Below are positions 51,169 through 60,000 of a stretch of 64,000 bases of DNA, piece by piece (positions within the stretch are counted from its first letter, which is position 1; each line of letters opens with the position of its first letter). Below the pieces are notes generated by a model that was not told the DNA's origin, made no database searches, and was given only the letters and a program-made list of their open reading frames with translations. Origin of the DNA: a virus. Where the stretch lies: the IMG/VR virus record IMGVR_UViG_3300009314_000003, positions 1 through 64,000 of that record, one strand, 5' to 3'. Made by a program: the position numbers and the translations under genes.

Positions 51169-53826
51169 ATGGCACTTCCTAAAATCACAAGTGTTTTGAC
51201 AGATGGAAATCTGGAACGGGCCGAGGGTAGTGGTAATCGTAGTAAACATATTACCATTATAGGTACAGCTGTAGATGGGCCAATGTATACATCGGTGACG
51301 ATCCGAGATCTGGATCACGCTGAGAGCATTTTTGGTACCTTCAATAGAGGAACTCTTCTCCGCGCCATGAATGAGGCATGGCAAGCCCAGATGGATAGCG
51401 GTAGAACTCCGTACATCTCTGGTGTGCGTGTAGGTGGTCTGGTTGCTTCGAGGGCTGATCTTGAGATTGAGAATAATAACTCAGAAGTAGCTCTAAAGCT
51501 TGAGGCTCTTTACCACGGTAGTCGATATAATGACATCGTTATCACCGAGGATAGTTCTAATGATGCTATCAAGATATACAACCCCGTATCTGGTATTTGG
51601 TCAACCTTCAAATATAACTGGACAAATTCCAACGCGGGAGGCGTAGATGCGCATAACGTCGTTGAACTGGCAAATGCCATCAATGCTGATAGTAATCTGA
51701 ATGGTATTTTGGTTGCATCGGTTCCTGAGATGATTGCTACGTTTGAGGTATTTGCTAAAAGCGGCGACGCTTTTGTGTCTTCCTCAAATAGTAAAACCAC
51801 TATCACCCTTAATGGGGCCGGTAGTGGCGATCTAAATGCAGACACTCTTTACCTGGACGGGTCATCGAGTACCACTACCATAGACGAAGTTCATAGACCA
51901 ATTGTAAGAGTGTCAAAGGTGTATGCTATTACTGATGGTGGTATCGAGGTTCTTGAGGGCGGAAGTTCTCAGGCTACGACAGTACATCTACCTCTGGCGG
52001 GCCGGAGTGATACTCGTTTTGATACCCTTCTCAATGTTATTGATGAGAACGGGACATTAGGCGAGCTAGCTCAAACCCCGGATGATTTGGCCATAACTTC
52101 AGAAGGGTATTTCAAAGTCCGGAATCAGGGCATTGGTATACTTGATCTTGATGTTGGTAGTATTACCTTCGATGCTCCCCTTGCTATTGCCGATGCCGAT
52201 ACTTCAAGTAATTTAAGTGGTACAGCATCAGCCTATACTACGGCTAAAAATTATGGTGCTGGTTACACTGCAAGCAATCTTGGAGCAGAATTCCAAGGCT
52301 TAACTAGATGGACAGTAGCAGGGGAAGAAAGTTCCTCTGGTACTTATCCTATCAAAGTTGAGTGGAAGGATCCCTCTGCAGGACCTAATGCGTGGCAGGC
52401 CGCCAATCTAGGCGACACAGCCTGGGCCCTTAGTTGGGCAAACGATCAAGCGACACTTACGTTCCCAAGCAGTACACCGGACAGGTATGACGGAATGGAG
52501 ATTAGAATCTCTTTCGATTCATGTATTGGAGTGTTCAATGAGAAGTCAACCCTGGCCGGGGTTGAGGAGTCTTCATCTTCCTTCCTGGATTACTTTGTGC
52601 GAGGTCAGGAAATCATCTTTGGTAAAGCCCTACCACATAACTTGGCAGTTCGTTACGCCAGGGTACAATACTATGAGCTCGGCTCCACAATATCTCTAGA
52701 AGATGCTGAGGCCGGCAAATTTAGTATTACTGGTGTAGGTATACAACCAGGTCCTGGGGGCGGTGCTCTTGGAACTAGCGATAGTACTATCGGCTTTGAT
52801 GTTATATACGCTCAGGATGAATTCAGTTTAAGTAGCTCTCAATCTCTTCTAGGTGGTACCTCCGGTACTGGTTTATCGGATAGTACTCTCTACAGTGAGC
52901 TAAAGGAGGCCTATGATAATCTGGATGCATTTGATTTTGACCTCTTAATCACACCTGGTGCATATATTGACTCCACAAAAGGTGGTTACAATGTACTAAC
53001 AGGCGCTCCAGAAGAGGTGAACGCAGGATTCCATGAGCTTATGGATGAGTTTCTCTCCGGTTATAATGGAGATGCCCGTGGTATTATGGGTTTCAAACCC
53101 ATAGTAGGTACTGGTATCAATAATACCATCAGCAGGAAAGATGTTGCCAGTCGTGTGTCCAAACTAACTGTAGTTGATTACAGTGATAATCTTCGTGCGG
53201 CTAACTTTCTGGCTAACTTCGACTCCAAATATATGATGGCTATTGATCTAGAACCTATCGTTATAGCTAAAGGCTCCCGTTATACAACTACGGGCGAAGC
53301 AATAGTTGCTGGTCACCTGGCAATTCTAGAGCCAGAAGAAGCCCCTTATCTTAGCTCCTTAACAGGTACACAGGGTCTTCGTTATCGTTACTCTAGTAAA
53401 GTAGCTGATGGCCGTAGTCAACTTGATGCACTAAGCGACATGAGAATAATAGGGGCCAGGATCGATGGTTACAGGGCGCGGCTCGTTGATGGACCGTCCC
53501 TTGCTGAACCTGGATCTGATTACGAACGCTGGACAACCTCCAGCATCGTGGCTGCTGTTATGAAAGATGTTCGCGCTGTTGCCGAACCATTCCTCGGACA
53601 TGTCTCTAATTTGCCTACACTACAGGCACTGGAGACTACTCTCCGAAGTAGACTTAATCAGCGAGTACCAAAGTCACTTTCCGCGTATTCCTTTAAGATC
53701 AAGTCTTCTCCGGCACAGAAGGTTGTTGGCATCATCGAAATCCCACTGACATTGGTACCTGTGTTTGAAATCCGTCAGATAAAGGTTACAGTTGTACTTA
53801 AGGCTGACGCCTCGACTCTGGCGTAA
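51169..53826 (+). CDS. tail sheath protein
   Basis: IIGTAVDGP...AESIFG at the N-terminus; C-terminal F.G...LVPVFEIRQIKVTV. Confidence 0.9.
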   Translation: MALPKITSVLTDGNLERAEGSGNRSKHITIIGTAVDGPMYTSVTIRDLDHAESIFGTFNRGTLLRAMNEAWQAQMDSGRTPYISGVRVGGLVASRADLEIENNNSEVALKLEALYHGSRYNDIVITEDSSNDAIKIYNPVSGIWSTFKYNWTNSNAGGVDAHNVVELANAINADSNLNGILVASVPEMIATFEVFAKSGDAFVSSSNSKTTITLNGAGSGDLNADTLYLDGSSSTTTIDEVHRPIVRVSKVYAITDGGIEVLEGGSSQATTVHLPLAGRSDTRFDTLLNVIDENGTLGELAQTPDDLAITSEGYFKVRNQGIGILDLDVGSITFDAPLAIADADTSSNLSGTASAYTTAKNYGAGYTASNLGAEFQGLTRWTVAGEESSSGTYPIKVEWKDPSAGPNAWQAANLGDTAWALSWANDQATLTFPSSTPDRYDGMEIRISFDSCIGVFNEKSTLAGVEESSSSFLDYFVRGQEIIFGKALPHNLAVRYARVQYYELGSTISLEDAEAGKFSITGVGIQPGPGGGALGTSDSTIGFDVIYAQDEFSLSSSQSLLGGTSGTGLSDSTLYSELKEAYDNLDAFDFDLLITPGAYIDSTKGGYNVLTGAPEEVNAGFHELMDEFLSGYNGDARGIMGFKPIVGTGINNTISRKDVASRVSKLTVVDYSDNLRAANFLANFDSKYMMAIDLEPIVIAKGSRYTTTGEAIVAGHLAILEPEEAPYLSSLTGTQGLRYRYSSKVADGRSQLDALSDMRIIGARIDGYRARLVDGPSLAEPGSDYERWTTSSIVAAVMKDVRAVAEPFLGHVSNLPTLQALETTLRSRLNQRVPKSLSAYSFKIKSSPAQKVVGIIEIPLTLVPVFEIRQIKVTVVLKADASTLA

Positions 53827-53884
53827 GGTACAAGATGGACTGATCTAGAGCTAGTCTGGTCCAGAAGAAACTAACTCAAATCAG

Positions 53885-53910
53885 AAGGCCCCTATAACCT
53901 GGGGGCCTTT
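53885..53910 (+). terminator. hairpin/terminator after the sheath gene
   Basis: AAGGCCCCT/GGGGGCCTT stem followed by T. Confidence 0.5.
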
Positions 53911-53937
53911 GCTTATTAAAGGGGTATTACCGCTCTG

Positions 53938-53948
53938 TGACATAACTA
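53938..53948 (+). promoter_or_regulatory. candidate late promoter motif TGACATAACTA
   Basis: Intergenic, upstream of the intron-split tube gene. Confidence 0.5.
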
Positions 53949-54030
53949 ATTACAAGAGCTCAAGGGCCGGCAGTTAATACTGCATAGAGCTGAGGGCCAT
54001 TAACTTCTGAAACAAGGAGATGTAAATACA

Positions 54031-57000
54031 ATGAGTAATGTGTTTGATGTAAGTACAAACGATGTTGCTAAGACATTTACGACCTTCTCTGGTTCGGACA
54101 TCAAAGCGGTATTCGGAAATGTGGAGATAGGCAATCTGCAAGGCCTTTCACTCTCGGTAAACCGTGAGGTGAGGCCGGTGTTTGTGATGGGTAAATAGAT
54201 GATTTGCCCTTTCCTGCTAATATCGGGGAAATCTAAGGGCCAGTGGGCCTATGGCAATCCCGAGGCAAGCCCATTATGTGGCAGCCGTAGAGACTTGATC
54301 AGCAATGATCAGGCTCCGTTGAGAAAGACCCTAATACAGGGTAACGGAAGCAATACGCAGGAGCTGTCTAAATGAACGATCAAACACATCAGCTATTGAA
54401 TGGTAGTCTGTTGGGTGACGGTTACTTGAGCAAGTGCCAATATCATACCGCCAGTGATGGATACACACGCTGGCATAATAGTCGTTATGAGGAAGATCAC
54501 AAAGAAGATGACAAGTCCTACCTTGAGTGGAAGGCAACAATCATGAGTCAGGACTTTGATGTGAAGTGGGTATATAAAGAGGCACGCACGTTGGGCATTA
54601 AAGGACATGAGGCGGACTGTGGTCCTGTTTATCGAATTTACACCAATACGTCTACTGAACTGTCCGATCTACGGCAGATATGGTACCCAGATGGCCAGAA
54701 GATAATACCGGACTATCTGGATGACTTTGACTCCTCGACACTGACTTCCTGGTACTATGATGATGGCACCTATCATGTTCACCGTCAGATAATAGAGATC
54801 AGCACCGATAGTTTCACCCTTGAGGACGTCAAACGCCTCCAGGGATGGCTTAGAGACCGGTGGAACATTGAGGCTGCCATCAAGCGCAAACCAGGACACG
54901 CTATTAGGCGGTACTACCTTCATCTTAACAGGGAAGCCTCCAAGAGGCTCCTCAGTCTAGTCGAGGATGTACCAAGTATGGAACGCAAGAAGCCTATGGG
55001 CTGGGATGGAGTCTTTGATCGTAGTGAGACACCATCCAACTTTCATAGGCGGCTGAACGCTAGGCTGTCCTCAGGTGAGAAGCGGAAGCTAATAGTCCTC
55101 GACCTACAAGAGTTCTATGAACAGACTGGGCCGTGGGATGGTTTCCCAGCCGTAAAGTATCACTACACTGAGGATTGCATAAGTCCAACCCTGGCCATAC
55201 GCCACTTCGGATCATTCAAGGTGGCTCTCGAGTCGGCCAGACTGCCAACTAACTATATTTAGACAGCAAGAGATAGTCCATACCTACCGAAAGGTTAGGA
55301 TGAATTGAAATCAGATGCCGTGAGTTACTCGAAGGGTAAATAGATGTTTGCCCTTGTAAAAGCTAGCTCGTTCGAGGAAACCTACAGGGCCGTGAGGCGC
55401 CAAGGCAATCTCGATGCAAAGACGGTCCCGGGGACTTGGTTACCGGGATGCAGAGGCGGTAGAGACTGCACGCTAGCCAGCTGGGCCTCCAAGGGTCAAA
55501 CAGCTGAAGGAACAGTCCAGGCCCATGGGAAACCATGGAGAATTACTGAAACGCGGAATCGCAGGGTTGAGATGAATTGGCTCTGCTTAAATCCGGCTTA
55601 TATCGGTGAACGCCGAGAGGCTAATACCGAGGGGTATCCGTACCTGTGATGCAAACAATAGGAACTAACATAAATGTCTAGTGGAAAGTGGAAGAAGTAC
55701 AGATCCTGTCCTATTACTAGAGACGGGGTCAGAGTACTGTATGGGACTTTGCTAGGAGACGGATCCTTATTTAAGGATCCAGAGTGTGTGAATTATAGAT
55801 TTTCAGTAACACACTCTAATCGTCACTCAGATTATATACAGTGGAAACAGTCTATACTTGGACTTCCATCGAGTATTTGGAATGATGAGAAAAGAAACCT
55901 AGTAAAACTTCAGTCACTAGCCTGTACCGAGCTTACTTCTATACATACCAGCTTCTACAATGGAGCTGTTAAACGAATTCCACGTGACATTGACTTAACT
56001 GAACTGCTGTCACCTTTATCGATAGCTACCTGGTTCATGGATGATGGTAGCTACGATGTTGAGGAGGCAGTAGTTATATCCGCGTATGCTTTCTGCGAAG
56101 AAGATATGCTTCGTGTAGCAAAATACATGGATCACGTTTATGGGATTAAGATCAATGTCTGGAGTGATAATCGTGTTTACATACGCAAGGAATCACATGA
56201 CAGGTTCTTTAGTATTATCACTCACTACGTAAGTGAGGTTCCTTCTATGCATTATAAGGTACGCACTTGGATAAAACCAGGTGTCTCCCAGGTGAAACTC
56301 CTGGGGTATGACGAGCCCTGTAGAGACTATCCCACAGCCGTGGGATCATGGGATGGATTTATCCGCCCATGAAACGCCGGACTTGAACTAATAGAATATG
56401 AACTGGACACAAGAAGAAACTGAGATCCTGAGAGATAATTACTCCTGGAATCCAAGGACAGCTATGTTACTTCCTAACAGGTCTGCACATCAGGTAATAA
56501 AGAAGGCTAATAATATAGGCCTGAAGAGAGATGGGCGAGGTAGGATAGATACTCTAAGGGCTGACTATTTTGATCATTGGACCCCTAACATGACATACAT
56601 CCTAGGATTCTTCACAGCGGATGGAAACATATATGCACCACCAACCCGGGTTGATGGGGTTAGTGTTTATAAGATCACATTTGCCCAAAGTGACCCATAC
56701 ATACTAGAACTAGTATGTGATGAGTTGGGTATCTCAAGAGGGTATATTTATGGACAGCAAGGGCTTAATGCCTTACCTCAGGGCGGGTACCTGAATATGA
56801 TACATCCGATGTATAGGGTAATGTTTACCAGTAAGTATATGGTAGAGAGATTGAAGGAGCTTGGCTTGTCTGAGCGTAAATCAACACAACTCAAGAAAGT
56901 ATCCGTACCTAAGAAGTTCTTCGCTCACTTCTTGAGGGGCTACTTTGATGGAGATGGTTGTCTTCAGATATCCAATAACACCACACCAAGTATCACATTT

Positions 57001-60000
57001 ACTGGTGGATCGAGGCAGTTTCTTAAATCAATCGAGGCCCGAATCAGTCGTTATTGGGATCTCCCAGGTGGCAGACTAAGGCCCAGGAAAAGAAACAAGG
57101 TCTGGGATCTGCGGTATCGTAAGGCTACTTCTCTCGAGATCTTGAAGAGAATGTATGAGGGCCATCCAGATATTCTATGCTTACTGACTAAGTACAACAA
57201 ATATGCGGGTGTTATAGGTGATGATGTAATTGATATACCAGAAGTATCATACAATTACCGAGTCTATGACACTGGCACACAAGTTCAAGAAGATATAGTC
57301 CAGGAATAGAAGATAACGTAAGTTATTGATAATTCAGCACTTATATTGACCATGTTTGACCGCCAAGCCCTACACGACATCATGCGGAGTGCTCGCTATG
57401 TAGCCAAACCAGATGATTGGGCAGGGTCGGCGGGTGTTTCTCGTGCTTTAGGCGATGCCTCAGATGTAGGTAGTGACTACACCCTGGAGTCTCCATCATA
57501 TAGTGACCAGATTCCACCGTTCGATATTACACTCGTCGGTAAACCTAAATAAGAGATGAGTAATCTTAAATACGATAAAGAACAGTTAGTATCTGAATCT
57601 CTTATTGAACAGCCGCTCTCAGAAGCGATTCTGAGTGAAACACCGGGTGAATTCAGTGGATCCCTAAGTACCAGTCAAATCTGGGATATGGCAACACTGA
57701 GCCAAGCCACGCTGGGCTTTGATAGCGTGGAAGGTGCAACGACTACATCTCTGAGTCCCAACAATAACGAGATGCACGAGCTCCCGGCACCCCTTCGGGG
57801 TGATGATATAGTCTGTGCTTCAGGGAAACCTGAAGAAGTAGCGGATAAAGAGCCGCTATGGTAACAATACAGGTTAACGAGTTTGGGTCAGCGACAACAA
57901 TGCGAATACATGGAGTTCACCTCATTTCAGAGGGAACTGGTGTGTCGGTTGACAATCAGCCGCTTTCCCAAGAGATTGGGATTGACAAACTGGGTGAATT
58001 CGGAGGAAGCCTAAGTGCTATTGCATAAGGTAACTCCGAGCCAAGCCGTACTGGGCTTAGATAGTACGGAAGGTGTAGAGACTAGCTTGAATCATATAAT
58101 AATAGTTCACCAAAGTGTGTAACGAAAATGAATAAAGACAAACGTAGCATACTCTTAGGTATGTGTATAGGAGATGGTTACATAGGTGTCAGTACAGACA
58201 AACGGTGGAATACCAAATCCTACGTACTTAGGCTATGTCACTCAGTGAAGCAGAAAGCATATCTAGAGCATAAAACCGAGCTCCTCCATTCTGCTTTAGG
58301 TGGCAAGAAACCTAGAATCGTTGAGTATAACAATAATGGATACCCAGGTGTGAAGTGTAGCAAGACAAATAAGTACTTTAAGGTGCTTAGAGATTGGTTG
58401 TACAAGGATGGGGAAAAGGTTGTTACCCGTAGAATCCTTGATATGCTTACTCCACAAGGTATCGCAATATGGCATATGGATGATGGTAGTTTGTATACTA
58501 AACGCCGCAACGGAAAGGTTCACGCTTGGGAGTTATGTACCAGCACATATGTAAGCTGGGATGAAAACCAAGTAATAGTGGACTATTTTCGTGATGTCCA
58601 TGGAATACGCTTTACAATAGTCAAGGGAAAAGGAAAGTACAGGATTCGCTGTGGTACAAAAGAGGCAAAGAAGTTTATTGAGATCGTCAAGCCATTTATA
58701 ATACCATCAATGTTGTACAAAGTCCGAATGATCTCTGACAATAATGATTCAAGCCAAGAGCGCCCAGCACCCCACGTGGGTGATGATATAGTCCGGACTC
58801 CAATGAAAGTTGGAGAGATAAGGTTTAAACGGCCTTATGATAACAAGTCGTGATGACAATGTCCAAGAGGCGACACAACTGCCTCTCTTCTCGAGTAATT
58901 GAGATGCCTAAACCAGGCTTATATCAGGGGAGGCTAAGTCCTACGGGATATGCTAATCCTGAGGGGTTCACGCCCTGCAGAGACTCATCCACTATGGATG
59001 GATCCGGAGTGCTTTGTCAGCCGGATAATACGCCTGGCTCCCACTTTATGTGGGATGATGAGATAGTCCATACCTACCGAAAGAGTAGGAGTAAATGCAC
59101 AAATGACGTTTGTGGCTTTACCCAAGACGGGCTGGGTCACATTAAACCGTGCTTAATCGGGGAACCCTTACTGGGGAATCCCGAGGGGTGTTTCGTCCCG
59201 GTTACTGCCGGGAGTCTGACAAGCCCTGTAGAGACTGAATAGTATGAAACTATGGACTAACAAAGAAGTTGAGATCCTTCACGAGAACTATAGCTGGAAT
59301 CCGCGTATTGATGAACTATTACCGGATCGTCCCAGACGTCAGATTGTGAGTAAGGCAAACCGAGAGGGCCTGAAAGTAATGGGACGCGGACGTGCATGGG
59401 GCTTAAAGGTAGACTTCTTTGACCATTGGAGTGAGGAGATGGCTTATGTTTATGGCCTGATCGTTGCTGATGGGTGTATAATGAAGCGTAAGGATAGTGG
59501 TATAATGGTTATTGATATAACGCTAAATGATGAAGACCACATTAGGCGATTAGCCAATTTGTTGGGCGTACCAGAGCGTGTTTATAGTAACAGTGATGGT
59601 ACATATCATCTGAGGTTTGTTAGCAACTACATAGCCAAAAGACTGATGAAGCTTAAGGTTCCGTTTCGTAAGTCTCTTGTCCTTGGTAAGCTTCCTGTCC
59701 CTAAGAAGTTCTTCTCTCACTTCCTACGTGGTTACTTTGATGGAGATGGATCCTTCAGTATTAATGCTAAGGGCCGAGCTCCTATGCTTAGTTTCACATC
59801 AGGTTCATACAATTTCCTTCGATGGATTCAAGCAAAGTTAAAGAGGTATTATGGCTTTCCAATGGGTCGTCTTCGTAATAAGAAAGGCACCAATACATGG
59901 AATGTCTGGTATAGGAAATCTGCATCTATATTCCTAATGGCAATAATGTATAGGGATAAGGGTGACCTCTTTCTTCGCAGGAAGTATAACAGATACATTA

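Larger units (their letters stand above)
55568..57337 (+). mobile_element. group I intron 3 (two HEGs, in P6 and P8)
   Basis: P1 GCAGGGU/GCUCUGC; P3 UCCGGC 55592/GCCGGA 56376; P7 GACUA 56325/UAGUC 57296; P8 CUUGAACU/AGUUCAAG; terminal G. Confidence 0.88.

Noticed and set aside
55344-55649. ORF-track 101-aa ORF
   Set aside because: It lies over the intron 2 ribozyme core, exon 3 and the start of intron 3, and has no protein motifs.
55568-57337. Nested intron (twintron) or two adjacent introns
   Set aside because: Only one set of P3/P7 elements was found, and the exon frame joins directly (GGG T|CA CTT).
57346-57552. 68-aa ORF as a stand-alone gene
   Set aside because: It is exon 4 of the split tube gene.
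57556-57864. ORF-track 102-aa ORF
   Set aside because: It coincides with the intron 4 RNA core and has no endonuclease motifs.
58850-59242. ORF-track 130-aa ORF
   Set aside because: It is an out-of-frame read-through of exon 6, intron 6, exon 7 and the intron 7 core.
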